Notes under the pieces: generated by a model | The model's input: the letters and a program-made list of their open reading frames with translations, nothing else | What the model was told of the DNA's origin: nothing | Databases searched by the model: none | Shown here: positions 1-16,061 of the stretch, one piece after another | How positions within the stretch are numbered: the first letter of the stretch is position 1 | How the letters are laid out: every line of letters begins with the position of its first letter | Position numbers and translations under genes: made by a program | Assembly (NCBI RefSeq): GCF_009914755.1 | Contig: NC_060927.1 | From: the human T2T-CHM13v2.0 reference genome, Homo sapiens | Strand: one strand, 5' to 3' | Length of the DNA: 64,000 bases

Positions 1-355
1 CTGCCCCAATCCCCCCGTGTAAGCCCAGCTCACTCATCCCACTCCCTCTGCCCAATCCCCCGCTGTGTAAGCCCAGCTCAGTCATCCCACTCCCTCTGCC
101 CCAATCCCCCCCGTGTAAGCCCACGACACTCATCCCGCTCCCTCTGCTCCAATCTCCCCCTGTGTAAGCCCACCTCACTCATCCTGCTCCCTCTGCTCCA
201 ATCCCCCTCTGTGTAAGCCCAGCTCACTCATCCCACTCCCTCTGCCCCAATCCCCCGCTGTGTAAGCCCAGCTCAGTCATCCCGCTCCCTCTGCCCTAAT
301 CCCCCGCTGTGTAAGCCCACCTCACTCATCCCGCTCCCTCTGCTCCAATCCCCCT
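1..355. repeat. C-rich minisatellite, ~47-50 bp unit (ctgccccaatccccccgtgtaagcccagctcactcatcccactccct), ~7 copies, cut by the window edge
   Basis: Tandem recurrence of gtgtaagccc...ctcatccc...ccctctg. Confidence 0.9.
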
Positions 356-786
356 GGACTTCTTTCAGATCCTAGGATGGGCAAAGTGTCTCTCTACCTC
401 AGGGCCTTAGCACAGGCCATCCTCGGCCCACAGCAGTGGTGCCAGCCTCTGCCTGGCTAACCTCACCCTCCTCCACTGGCCCCTGGTCAGGCATCCCTCT
501 GCCAGCCTCTCACTGCCAGCTAAAGTCGGTACCCTGCTGTATGTCCCTAGAGTGTCTCTGCTTTCCCTTCATAATGCTTATGGCAGTTATAATTATTTGC
601 TGGCCTTTGTGTTTATTATCTGCTTCCAGACCAGGCTGATGAGAGCAGAGACACCAGCCTTCCTCCCCACTGCCTTTATCTCTGCTTCTAGCTTCACCCC
701 TGGCACAGATAGGCACTTAATAGACATTGTTTCAACAAAAAATGAACCTTTCAGTTTAATTTTCTCATTTGTAAAACAGGATGTTA

Positions 787-1113
<327 letters not shown>

Positions 1114-1190
1114 TCAATGAGTAGAGATTACTTGTATATATATTTACCTGCTGTAATTTTTTAAAAATTATTTTTAATTGACAGAGATGA

Positions 1191-2726
<1,536 letters not shown>

Positions 2727-2729
2727 TGT

Positions 2730-3025
2730 TTTATTTTATTTTTAGACAGAATCTTGTCTGTCACCTACGCAGAAATGCAATGGTGTGATCATAGCTCACT
2801 GCCGCCTCGAACTCCTGGGCTCAAGTGATCCTCCCACCTCAGCCTCCCGAGTAGCTGGAACCACAGGCATGAACTACCACACCTGGCTAATTTTTAAAAT
2901 TTTTTGTAGAGACAGGGTCTCGCTATGTTGCCTAGGCTGGTCTCAAACTCCTGGGCTCAAGCAATCTTCCTGTGTTGTCCTCCCAAAGGGCTGGGATTCC
3001 AGGTGTGAGCCACTGCACCCAGCCG
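2730..3025 (-). mobile_element. AluJ
   Basis: gatcatagctcactgccgcctcgaactcctgggctcaagtgatcctccc (AluJ-type). Confidence 0.85.
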
Positions 3026-3083
3026 GCCACTGCACCCAGCCGACCACTGCACCCAGCCGGCCACTGCACCCAGCCGGCCACTG
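3010..3083. repeat. 17-bp tandem repeat (ccactgcacccagccgg), ~4 copies, derived from the Alu 5' end
   Basis: Seen directly; unit matches the reverse complement of the Alu start. Confidence 0.85.
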
Positions 3084-3084
3084 C

Positions 3085-3500
3085 TTTTATATACTTTGGA
3101 TATCCACCATGCAGTGGAATTGCTGGATCCTATGGTAGTTCTATTTTTAATTTTTTGAGGAACCTTCAAACTTTGCCATAATGGCTGTACTAATTCACAT
3201 TCCCGGCTGTATACAAGGGTTCCCTTTTCCCCACATCCTCCCCAACACTTACTATCTTTCGTCTTTTTGTGAAAACCATTCTAACAGGAGTGAGGTGATG
3301 TCTCATTGTGGTTTTAATTTGCATTTCCCTGAGGGTTAGTGATATGGAGCATTTTTTCATACACCTGTTGGCCTTTGTATGTCTTCTTCTGAAAAATGTC
3401 CGTTCAAGTCCTTTACACATTTTAAAATTGAATTACTTGTCTTCTTGCTATAGAGTTGTTTGCATTCCTTATGTATTTTGGAAATTAATCTCTTATCAGA
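3085..3500 (-). mobile_element. L1 ORF2 3' fragment
   Basis: Translation ...KKCSISLTLREMQIKTTMRHHLTPVRM... matches the L1 ORF2 C-terminus. Confidence 0.9.
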
Positions 3501-4551
3501 AGTATAAGATTACTTATAAGAAGTAATCTCTTATCAGAAGATAAGAAATTAATCTCTTATCAGCCACCGGTGTGAAAGGCGCTGACAGAGTTCAACAGTT
3601 AGTAGCAAGTCCATTCTCTCAAGTGGTCATTCCGGCCGCTGGCCCTCAGGAGTCCTTGAAGCCTGGACGGGGCCCAGCCGGGGGTCAGAGGTCTACACCT
3701 TCCCAGGCTGCCTGCTGGAGAAACATGCCCTGACTGGGCGCCGGCCCAGAGGAGCTGGAGGGCGGGCGGCAGGTCGTGGCCGTGCAGTTGAGGCTGGCTG
3801 GCTTCTCTCGGCTCACGGCCAGAATGAGTATCAGTCCCGTCGGACCCCAGCCAGCCCTCATGGGGAGCACAGCTTCGTTGTGACAAAGATGACCTGGGCC
3901 AACTTGCCTCACCCCACCCAATGGGGGGCTCCTCAAGGCAGGGGGCTGGGCCTTTTTTGTCCTTTGGGTGACTCCCCTACACCCAGCGCAGTGCCAAGAA
4001 CACGGCCAGTGCTTGCTTAATGATCTTCAAATGAACCTATGGGTTAATAAATGAGCAACATGGCCTGGCTTAGTGCCTCGGTCCTAGGGTGGGGATCATA
4101 TTTGAATGGACCAGGCGGCCTGGATGTGGGGAGGGTGTCCTTAGAAAAGGAAGTGGCTCAAAACTTCGTGCTGGAGGGTGGTTAAGGAGCTGGGGATGGG
4201 ATGGGGAGGCAAGCCTGGACTTGGGGGTGACACGGTGGCTGCCTTCCAACATCTAAGCTGCTGCCCCAGAGAGGGGGTGCGGGGAGCTGGCTGGGCACGA
4301 TGAGGAACCAACGCTTGTTAAATATAATAATAATAAAAATGCCTAACAGTTTGTATTGTCAAGAAACATCATAAAGATCGGGAGTTCTCAAGTTCCCTAT
4401 TACGAGAAGGGCGCAGCCAGGGCTGGGCAGGGCTTGGCAGGGGCTACAGTAAGGCTTGGTGTGGGCTACTGTAGGGCTTGGCAGGGGCTACTATAGAGTC
4501 ATATTGCACAACTTTTTTTTTAACTACAACTCACATAAAAATACATTTCTG

Positions 4552-4835
4552 CCTGGGACACGGTGGCTCATGCCTGTAATCCCAGCACTTTGGGAGGCCG
4601 AGGCGGGTGGATTGCTTGCGGTCAGGAGCCCAAGACCAGCCTGGGTAACCTAGTAAGACTCTGTCTCTACACAAAAAAATTTTTTTAATTAGTTGGGCAT
4701 GATGGCACATACCTGTGGTCCCAGCTACTCAGGAGGCTGAGGTGGGAGGATCACTTGAGCCCGGTGGTTGAGTGAGCTGTGATCGCACCACTGCATTCCA
4801 GCCTGGCCAACAGAGCAAGACACTGTCTCAACAAA
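4552..4835 (+). mobile_element. AluJ
   Basis: gaggctgaggtgggaggatcacttgagccc...tgagctgtgatcgcaccactgc. Confidence 0.85.
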
Positions 4836-5361
4836 GGAAAAAGATTCGTAACGCAGTTCTCTACACATGCAGACACACAGCTTTTTGCAGTGCCCGGTGC
4901 CTGGCACAAGTCCAGGGAAGGCTTCAAGCCGGCTGGCCCTGGGGGTCCTTTCGGCCTGGCGTTCTCTGCAGGCCCCGCTCCTTCCTGCCTCCTTCCTCCC
5001 TGGATTCCTCTTGTCCCTTTACCAGCAGCGGCCGTCTTCTCAAGCAAGTCAGGCTTCTGTTAACACTAACCGGAGAAAAACTCAATTTGGAAGATACAGC
5101 TTCATTTTAAAAACCCACAAGAGTTTTGTATTATAAAATAATACTTCGTGTTGAAAAGATCGACAAGCAAAATGAACAAAATGAAAGTTACCCCTAATCC
5201 TAGCACTCAGAGAATGCCAATGTTACACTTTAGTACATTTCATTCTGGGCTTTTTTTCATGTTATGTAGCTTTTTAAAAAAGTTGGGATCATACTGCATA
5301 AGCCATTTGATAAACGTGTCACTTCACACTGTTTTATTACCTGTCACCCGATTGCTATATA

Positions 5362-5799
5362 CAGTAGATCTTTGAACAACGTGGGTTTGAACGGGGCAGG
5401 TCACTTACACACAGATTTTCTTCCACCTCTGCCATTCCTGAGACAGCAGGACCAACCCCTGACCCTCCTCCTCCTCCTCAGTTGGCTCAGTGTGAAGTCG
5501 GCGAGAATGAAGACCTTCGTGATGATCCACTTCCACATAATGAATAATAAATATATTCTCTCTTTTTTATAATTTTCCTAACAACAGTTCCTCCTCTCTA
5601 GCTTACTTTACTGTAATAATACAGGATATAATACATAGACCAAGTATGTGTTAATTAACTGTTTATGTCATCAGCAAGGTTTCTGGTCAACAGTAGACTA
5701 TTAGTAGTTAAGTTTTTGGGGAGTCAAAGGTTATCTATGGATTTTCAGCTGCACGGGGGTTGCTGCCCTTTAACCCACGAATTGTTCAATGGTCAATTG
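5362..5799. mobile_element. Tigger2a/MER28-like non-autonomous DNA transposon
   Basis: Terminal inverted repeats cagtagatctttgaacaa / ttgttcaatggtcaattg, TA at both flanks, 438 bp; interior resembles the Tigger2a consensus as recalled. Confidence 0.85.
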
Positions 5800-5819
5800 T
5801 ATTCTTCCACAAGATCAGC

Positions 5820-6147
5820 TTTAAATTTTGTTTATTTATTTACTGTTTATTATTATTATTATTATTTGAGACAGGATTGCGCTCTGTCGTCCAGGCTGGA
5901 GTGCAGCAGTGCCATCCCCACTCACTGCAACCTCTGCCCCTGGGGATCCAGAGATCCTCCCACCTCAGCCTCTCAAGCAGCTGGGACTACAGGCACATCC
6001 ACCAAGCCCGGCTAATTTTTGTATTTTTAGTACGGACAGGGTTTTACCGTGTTGGCCAGGCTGGTCTCAAACTCCTGGGCTCAATTCATCCACCTGCCTT
6101 GGCTCCCAAAACACTGGGATTACAGGCATGAGCTGCCACTCCTGGCC
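5820..6147 (-). mobile_element. AluJ with TSD ttccacaagatca
   Basis: Antisense Alu; 13-bp direct repeat at 5805 and 6148. Confidence 0.88.
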
Positions 6148-6355
6148 TTCCACAAGATCATTTTAAAGAATATTTTGTATTCCATTGCACTAATGCATTA
6201 TAATCACCAAACTCCAGTCGTAAGCCAGCAGGTAGTTTCCAAGTGCTGCCATGCGCAAACATTTTTGTATACTTGGCTGGCTATTCCCTTTGAGTGAATT
6301 CCTAGAAGTAAATTTGAAGGAGTAGATGTAGAATCTTCAGACTTTCACCGCGTCA

Positions 6356-7080
<725 letters not shown>

Positions 7081-7099
7081 TTAGCCAATAGATAGGCGG

Positions 7100-8840
7100 G
7101 TGGCTGGGCAAGGGCCCCACTAGGCCGTCTGCCCCTGAGCTGGCTGGCGGGGGCTGCGGGAGGCCGCCCTTTCCTTCTGGATTCTCTGGGAAGCCAGGAG
7201 AGTTCAGCCGTGCCGTATGCGACCGGGGGGCTCTGTGTGAGGTCTCTCAGGGCCCCTCTCCTTGGCCACAGCCCCTTGTTGAGGGGAGTCCTCAGCACTC
7301 CCTCCTCAGAATGGCTCCCAGTAACTACCTCCTGGGGTTGGGACCGAACAGTATCCGTGTCAACACCTAGAAACATCGGAACATCGCAGTCACTTCTGCC
7401 GTAACTCTTGTTTCAGAAACGCTAATTTGTTCCAACATGATTGACATAGTAGGGTACAATTTGAGTTAAGTGTGAATTTTTCAGTTATTTATGAGCGGTC
7501 TCATTTCGGGCCCTGTGCTGGCCACGGAGACGTGGGGGGACGGGGCTAGACGGCACCCGCGGTGAAACCTAAGGCAGCGGAAAAGCCAGCACCCTGCGCC
7601 CGTTGGCCTGGGCTTCCTCTGGGTCTCGGATGTCGGAGACAATTTTTCACTGGTTCCCCACGTTTCTGCAAGTCTCAGGAGCAGATGCGCCGACGGCCTT
7701 TTGCTCTGGACTCTCGTCAAGGACGTGTATATAGTGAAAGTCTCGGCGCGCAGGGACAGCGTCTCCCTCTGGGGCAGAAGCGAGATTTGCTCGCTGTCCA
7801 GTGTAACAAAGACGACGTCCACCCCCGGGAAAGGTTGGGCAGGTTTGCTTCGCAGCCCCTCATGACAGTCCGGCGTTTCCTAAGCACGGGGATCCCCGGC
7901 GGTGAGGCAAACCCAGCTGTGCCACAGAATCCACCTGGGCCTCTGCGTAGCCCCCGTGGGGTTTGGGGAGCAAAGGAAACGGGAGTGAAGAGGAAGCTCG
8001 TTCACACTGAGCAACGTGCCGTGCCGTGAGTGACAGAGTCCTCTGCCCTGGGCCAGGGTCTCTGGTCTTCTGCCAGCGTCCTTCAACCATGGCAGGCTCG
8101 CCCGTGAGCTTGCAGGCCGGTGAAAGCTCAGGCCTTCCCAGATCTTCATACGAGGAGGTCTTCTCAGCTCAGTAAGTGGACTGTGAAACGATGGTGTTCG
8201 GCCTGGCCCAGGAGGGAGCTGCAGGGGAGGCGAGGCTGGGGCACTGGCACCCGTACTGGCACTGGCACCCGTAGGTCTGTCTGGGGAAAAACCCGGGGCA
8301 GGAGGGCAGGAGAGGAAGCGAAGGTTTGCCTGGGTTGGAAACAGCCCCAACAACTCCCTGGCCAAGAGCCGCCTCTTCCCTGAAGAAGGAAGCCTTGGGG
8401 GCAGTCCCTGGGGCAACATGAGGAGCGGCCTCCTCCGGGCAAGCGTGCGGGCCTTCAGGGGACCTGGGCAGGGCTTCCTGAGGGGCAGGAAGGCGACCGC
8501 GAGGCCGAGGCAGGTAGGCAGGGCCTGACCCCGAGGGGAATCTCTGGGGCCAGAGGGAAGCTGGAAGTGTCTGGCCAGGGGCCAAGGGGTCTCCTGCGGA
8601 AGCCCCCGGACAAGGACTTTCCCGTTCTGGCTCCCGCTCACCTCTCTCATTCCCCATGAACTCCAGGACCCCCATTTCAAGTAGAAAACAGCCGTCCCGA
8701 GAAAATCCCCAAACACGAGAGCCCTCTGCACAGCCCCTCGGCACTTCCCACCCAGCACGCGAGCTGGGGGATGCTGCTCCCAAGCCGCAGGCTCTTCCGT
8801 AAGCTCTTCTGGAAACTTTCCTCCTCCCTGAGGCAGCCCC
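7100..8840. promoter_or_regulatory. GC/CpG-enriched non-repetitive region, candidate distal regulatory element
   Basis: Visibly elevated CpG and GC content, no recognisable TE; function inferred only. Confidence 0.35.
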
Positions 8841-8843
8841 AGC

Positions 8844-9347
8844 GGCACTTGGACTCCAGCAGTGCCCAAAACCACACAGGGCACCTGGACTCCAGCAGTG
8901 CCCAAAACCACACAGGGCACCTGGACTCCAGCAGTGCCCAAAACCACACAGGGCACCTGGACTCCAGCAGTGCCCAAAACCACACAGGGCACCTGGACTC
9001 CAGCAGTGCCCAAAACCACACAGGGCACCTGGACTCCAGCAGTGCCCAAAACCACACAGGGCACCTGGACTCCAGCAGTGCCCAAAACCACACAGGGCAC
9101 CTGGACTCCAGCAGTGCCCAAAACCACACAGGGCACCTGGACTCCAGCAGTGCCCAAAACCACACAGGGCACCTGGACTCCAGCAGTGCCCAAAACCACA
9201 CAGGGCACCTGGACTCCAGCAGTGCCCAAAACCACACAGGGCACCTGGACTCCAGCAGTGCCCAAAACCACACAGGGCACCTGGACTCCAGCAGTGCCCA
9301 AAACCACACAGGGCACCTGGACTCCAGCAGTGTCCAAAACCACACAG
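8844..9347. repeat. 36-bp VNTR (ggcacctggactccagcagtgcccaaaaccacacag) x14
   Basis: 504 bp = 14 near-identical units; only the first and last units carry substitutions. Confidence 0.97.
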
Positions 9348-10385
9348 TCCCGGGATTTTGATGAGTCAGCACCAACACGTGTCCCAGTGCTCACAGAACT
9401 ACGCAGGTTGGCGGTTGCACAAGCGCCAAAGGGGCCCTGGCTTCACGGCTTCATTTATTCTTGTTACTACTCCCTGCATGGCTTGGCCTGGGCTGCGTCC
9501 ACGGCTGCGAGGCTCCTGTCCGCCTCATGGAGGCAGGTGAGGCCAGCGCCACCCAGGCCCTGCTTTTCTGCTTTCTCCACTTGTCTGTGGCCCTCCTGGG
9601 CAGAGGAGACCGTAGTCTCAGCATGGGCCTGATGAGGCACAGCTGGGGGCTTCTGGAGCTGCCATCTACCCAGGACAACCGTCTTCCCGTGTCCCTGGGG
9701 GCTCTGTGCTCTCCATGGCTCCTTAGTTCAAGGTCTGATCCGCACGCCTGGATCCAACCTCTACATTTGTTCAGCGCTCCCCTCCTGCCCTCCCCACCTC
9801 TTCCTGGCCTTCCTACCCTCTGTAGGCATCTGATGAAAGACCATACTTCAGGTCCTGAGAAGGATAAAGTAAGTTATTGGTTTTTAAATGCATAGATCAC
9901 TTACACAGAAACACAGACTCACGGATAAAAACACCTGAGTTTTAGTTTTGCCTCTTGCTTCTGCAGAGGGCTGGTGGGGAAAGAAGGAGAGGCTCTAATC
10001 AAAGAGCAAGAATTTGGGTTTTTTCCTAATACTTTATGCAAAGTACAGTGATCTTGACTCTGACGGCACAGGGGCTGGAGGTGGGGCGTCTTTCCCACAC
10101 CAGGTTCCTCTGAGAGCCGGGCTTGTGGCTGAATGCCAACGTCAAGTTTCTTTGGAGAGCCGCACTCAGGCCCCTGCGCTGGTAGGGTCAGTTGGGTGAG
10201 GGCCTGCCTCTTGGCAGAGGGGCCAGAATAACTGAGGGTAGGTGGCCTAATTGTCATCACGTGACCAGGGCTTTGGGGATTGGCTGCTCCTGCGTGTTAA
10301 AGGGTGTGACACATTCAAAGACTCTCCAGGCAATAACGGCTTATGAATGTTTTTAAAGCAGTTTTTTTTTTTTAAGTGAATCTTG

Positions 10386-10715
10386 GCCAGGCGTGGTGGC
10401 TCATGCCTGTAATCCCAGCATTTTGGGAGGCCGAGGCGGGTGGATCACTTGAGGTCAGGGGCTTGAGACCAGCCTGGCCAGCATGGTGAAACCCCGTCTC
10501 TACTAAAAATACAAAAATTACCTGGGCGTGGTGGCGCACGCCTGTAATCCCAGCTACTCAGGAGGGTGAGGCAGGAGAACCGCTTGAATCCGGGAGGCAG
10601 AGAGATCATGCACTCCAGCCTGGGCAACACAGTGAGACTCTGTCTCAAAAAAAAAAAAAAAAAAAAGACCAGCCTGGGCAACAAAGTAAGACCCTATCTC
10701 TATAAAAAATAAAGT
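10386..10715 (+). mobile_element. AluS with internal deletion plus adjoining Alu fragment
   Basis: Alu consensus, poly-A at 10647-10667, then gaccagcctgggcaac... Confidence 0.88.
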
Positions 10716-11119
10716 AAGTTTTTTAAAAAGCGGATCTCACATGTAGATGAAGCTAATATAATAGTAACTGTGTTGTATGTAATAAATGCTATGATATAAC
10801 ATCACAATATATTGATTATTAGGTAATATGTATCAATTATTATAATGTAGATATTGGAGCTGACATTTAACTCCTCTCACACTGACAGATTACATCTGGG
10901 GTCTGCAGGCTTTAACAACTTGGAAAGTTGGTCTAGTGTCAGAATTTTAAGAAGCCCTCCAATCCCAGACCCCCGTCTTCTTTGCCCTTGTGTGTTATGC
11001 TCGGCAGTAGGCTGATGCGACCTCATTGCTTCTGCTTCTCAAAACTGCATTCTCACAGACTTCTCTCCCCATCTCGAAATCACAGGGCTTGAAGAAGTTA
11101 CCAACTTGCCAACTGCTGC

Positions 11120-11357
11120 ATGAAACACCTTTTACCCGCATGTGAGAATCACCTTTACCCGCATATGAGAAACACCTTCACCTGCATATCAGAAACACCT
11201 TTACCCACATATGAGAAACACCTTTACCTGCATGAGAAACACTTTACCTGCATACGAGAAACACCTTTACCCGCATACGAGAAACACCTTTACCCGCATA
11301 CGAGAAACACCTTTACCTGCATACGAGCAACACCTTTACCCGCATATAAGAAACACC
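11120..11357. repeat. ~23-bp minisatellite (gagaaacacctttacccgcatac), ~10 copies
   Basis: Tandem recurrence seen directly. Confidence 0.92.
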
Positions 11358-11589
11358 AGCTCACCTGGCCCAGCCACTTTGTGAGGACCCCTGAGACGAC
11401 AATAGTCTCCTGAGCCCTGTGGCCAGATCCACCCCCTCACCATTCCAGAATGATTCCCTCAGCCAGAATCAGGCATTGCCACCACATCATGTCTATGACC
11501 TGGCCCTCCACCCAGAACAACCCCAGACTCTCCTTCCAAATAGTTTGTTTCTCTTTCCATGCCCACATCTGGGGGGCGGTGGCGTGGGG

Positions 11590-11730
11590 ACGCTAACATT
11601 TGCTGAGAATCTACGACGTACTAAGCTAATAGGAATTACGTCTACTCTCCCCACTGTGCAGACATGGAGACTGAGGCTCAGCTAGGAAGTGGCTTGCCCA
11701 CAGTGACTCCAAAGCTCCTGCTCTTTCCCC
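11590..11730 (+). mobile_element. MIR fragment
   Basis: cccactgtgcagacatggagactgaggctcag...ggcttgcccacag resembles the MIR core. Confidence 0.6.
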
Positions 11731-12737
11731 CAGCACCCACTCTGCCTCCTACAGCTCAACAGTAGCCCCTCTCTCACCCTGCTCCTCCAGCACGAAACCA
11801 GGAGTGCCAGGCTAGATGTTGCCCGAAGGCTCGCCCCCTGGGCCTCGCCAGGTCCCGGCAGCTTATGCTGTCCCTGGCACCTTGGGGCCAAAGCCGTCTC
11901 CGGACCCTGGAAGCTGAGCTTTCATTTCAGTGACAATGTCCATGCAGGCTTATGACGCATCACCCTCTTGCCCCCTCCTCCAGCTCCAGGAAGTGTGAGT
12001 GGGAACTGGGGCCGAGGAGTGAGAACACTCCAGGTGCACCCGAGGAAGCAGTTTCAAGGGGTGTGGCTTGGTGAGAAGTCCCTTTTTCCTCTAAAGGGAG
12101 AGTCTGGCATGTGTAGGCTAAAGAGAGTGTCTAGGTCGGGCTCCTGCTCACCTGGAGGGAATGCGGGGGTCACAGGCGGGTGAAGAGCAGGCGGACACAC
12201 CTTTCTGTGGAATGCTTGAGGTTGAGGTGGGGTACGTTTATTTTTAGATATACTGTCCTGTCTCTCTCCCCTCTCCCACCCTTACCCCTTACCTTCTTCT
12301 CTGGTTACAGAAGGAAACAAGGGAATGTGATACCTTCCAGTCAATAGCAGGTCAACCTTTGAGAGAGCAGGGCTGAAACCACTGAGGCAGGTGTGGCCAC
12401 TGCTGCCTGGGCCCTGCTTTTCTGCCCTCCTGGGCAGGGGAGGGGGTGGTCTCAGCACGGGCCTGATGAGCTACAGCTGAGGGCTCCTGGGGCTGCCATC
12501 TGCCTGGCCTCATGATCCAAGAAGTTAGATCGAGGAATAGTCAAGCTGGTCCCTTGGTCATGCCGCCTGGCTCCTGACTCAGTGGTGACAAGAGCCGAGA
12601 TTTGGGGGATTTCCAGAGCCAGCCCAGGGTGATGTGGGCACACCTGCTGGTCTTCCCAAATAGGTCATCATTCGGCAAGAATCATCTATTGTCATGACCC
12701 ATACACCTACCCTGCCCCAAATTTTCTTCAAGGAGGT

Positions 12738-13155
12738 TGTACTGGGGTGAGTACGTGTCCCCCAAAATTCATGTCACTCAGAATGTGACCTTATTTGGAA
12801 ATAGGGTCTTTGCAGAGGTTATTAGTTAAGTTAAACTGAGGTCATGCCGAATTGAGGCAGAGCCTAATCCAGTGACTGGTGTCCTTATGAGAAGAGGAAA
12901 CAGAGACACACGCACAGGGGAGAAGATGGCCACACAACACGATGGAGGCAGAGGCTGGAGGGACACGGCTGCCAGCCCGGGAATGCGGAGAATGGCCAGC
13001 CACCCCTGGAAACCAGGAGAGAGGCCAGGAGGGCTCCACCCCAGAACCTCCGGAGGGAGTGTGGTTCTGCCCACGCCTTGATTTTGGACTTCTGGGTTCC
13101 AAACTGTGAAAGAATAAATTCCTGTTTGTTTGAAGCCACCGAGTTTGTGAGCACT
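12738..13155 (+). mobile_element. MaLR solo LTR (MLT1-type)
   Basis: gtcccccaaaattcatgt...gaatgtgaccttatttggaaatagggtctttgcaga...gattttggacttctg...aataaattcctgttt. Confidence 0.85.
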
Positions 13156-13583
13156 AAGGCAGAGGCCTTCCTGGATGGCCCTCACTGAGGCTTGTCTGTT
13201 GCCTGGCACACAGTCATGCCCAGGGCCACAGACCCTGTTGCTAAATGATCCTCTCTCCATGTTTAGATTCCACTAGCTCGTGACCCCGTGAGGGCACACA
13301 GGGCCACGTGGTAATGTGTCCGTCGCATTGCCAGGCTGCTCCTCTGCCTGCATTCTGCCTCCCCTGCACACCGGGGAGCAGAGCTCACCAGACCCCTCTT
13401 CTGTCCCCTGGCCAGCTTCAGCTGGTGCCTCCTCTCCCCAGGGAGCAAGGGGAACAAGGAACAAGTCTCACTTTCCAGCCTGATGGGCTAATCTCACTGC
13501 CTTCTTTCTCTGTTCAAATTTTGTCTGGATCACTTTCTTCAGGACAGTCGCTGGGCTAAGCATAGTGTCCAGTATCAAAATGA

Positions 13584-14033
<450 letters not shown>

Positions 14034-14414
14034 CCATTGTCAGCTCTGCTTCCGCCATTAGACCATCAACATTAAAAGGGTTAATTGACCACAAGTGTCC
14101 AAAAAAGTGCCGACATCCTGGACAGAGCAAGCTCATGTTTATGGACTTCTGACTGTAGAAGGAGGGTCAGAGCCGCCGATCAGAACACACCAGCTCTGCT
14201 TCCAGGTTCAGGAAATGATCCTGAACACAGAAGGCACTTTGGGTACAAAGCCTCTGATCCGGGCATTACCTGTAACAGGGACGCCGTGAATAACCCAGTG
14301 TCCAAGTTAGTTCAGTTATGGTGGCAGCCAATGCAGTATCACGTGGCCTTCAGAAATGTGTGAATGGAGTTTTATAATAACTGGGGAGACTTTTAGGTTT
14401 AAAGCTAGGTCATG

Positions 14415-14762
<348 letters not shown>

Positions 14763-15728
14763 TCAAACTATATCTAGGATATGATAGATTTAAACTATGG
14801 ATATGAGCTATGTATGAGAAACAAGCCAGAAATCTCTCAACGCGTTAATAGGGTTGTTCCTGGGTGGTGAAACATTGATGATGTTTTTCTTCTCTCTACT
14901 TTTAAATATTTTCATATCTCTGTGGACAGTGTGCATTACTTTATAATGAAAAAAGAAACCCAGTAAACTTCATTTTAAAAGATGGCTTTCGGCCCGGGTT
15001 GGGCTTTCTGTCAGAACCCCGCGTTGGAGAGCTTTGTGGGCCCACCCTCATTCAGTCCCCATGGTGGCCGCATGTACGTGTCCGCTGTGGCAGACGTTCC
15101 GCCTGGGAGCAGCGGTCTAACTGGGAGCCAGGAGTGTGCAAAGACAACCGAACAGACGTGGACGCTCGGCAGCAAGACAGAGAGGGCGCTGGAAACCCGG
15201 GCTCCGGGACACACCCTGCCGCTCACCGGCTGCGCCAACAAGGACCTCCCTTCTCTCTGGGCCCACACCTCCTCCACGGTAGAATGAGGGCTTCGGATGA
15301 CATGGTCACCAGGGTCTCTTCCAGTTTTAAAATTATGTTAAGATCCTCTTATTCTTTCAAGCTTTACAAAGGGAAGCCCCACAAAAGGACACAGGTGGCA
15401 AATCCGGGGACCTGGATGCTGGGTCACCGACTTCATGTTCTTGCTGACTTCCTGGCCTCGGTTTTCTTCTCCTTAAGGCTGGGTGAATGGAATGAGTTTA
15501 GATCCCTGGACCTCCAGGCCCTCCTGTGCCCCGGGGTGGCCCTGCTTCACAGGGATGCCCGTAAGAAGACGTTGCATGCGTAAAAATCATGCCCTGCTCC
15601 ACCACAGAGGTGAGATGAGACAGGAAATGAGCTAATTGGCGTGAGAATGCTTGGCACTTTTAGGGAAAGGAGAAACCGAATCCCAAGAGAATGACAGTGG
15701 CCTTTGTGTGACCCTAGTACCAGGGCCC

Positions 15729-15880
15729 CTGCTTTCGCCATGGCCTCAGATAGAGGCCACATACAGCAGGTGCTGGGCCCCCAGCCCACCCACCTCCCTG
15801 CTTTCACCATGGCCTCGGATAGAGACCACATACAGCAGGTGCCGGGGCCTCCAGCCCGCCCGCCTCCCTGCTGAACCATG
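15729..15880. repeat. ~69-bp tandem duplication (ctgctttc.ccatggcctc.gataga..ccacatacagcaggtgc), ~2.2 copies
   Basis: Seen directly. Confidence 0.8.
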
Positions 15881-16061
15881 GAATAAGGAGCTGCAGAGGA
15901 GGAAAGATTTTGGAGTCGTGCTGACCTGGGTCTGAATCCCAGCTCGGAGGGCCTGCTGCCACATCTGTACGTGGGCATCCTCTTTTACGTGAGTGTCTCG
16001 GGTCGGGTCCTCCCAGAAGCAAATGCTGAGTTGGTGGAAGGAATGTGAAGGCTATAGGGGA

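Noticed and set aside
3484-3562. Triplicated taatctcttatcag motif
   Set aside because: Small slippage repeat at an L1 fragment end; no sign of function.
8844-9347. 36-bp repeat array as a CRISPR array
   Set aside because: Units are head-to-tail with no unique spacers, there are no cas genes, and the DNA is human.
7880-9632. Long ORFs on both strands (504, 256, 233, 196 aa)
   Set aside because: They come from the stop-free 36-bp VNTR (a multiple of 3) and GC-rich flanks; no protein similarity or splice support.
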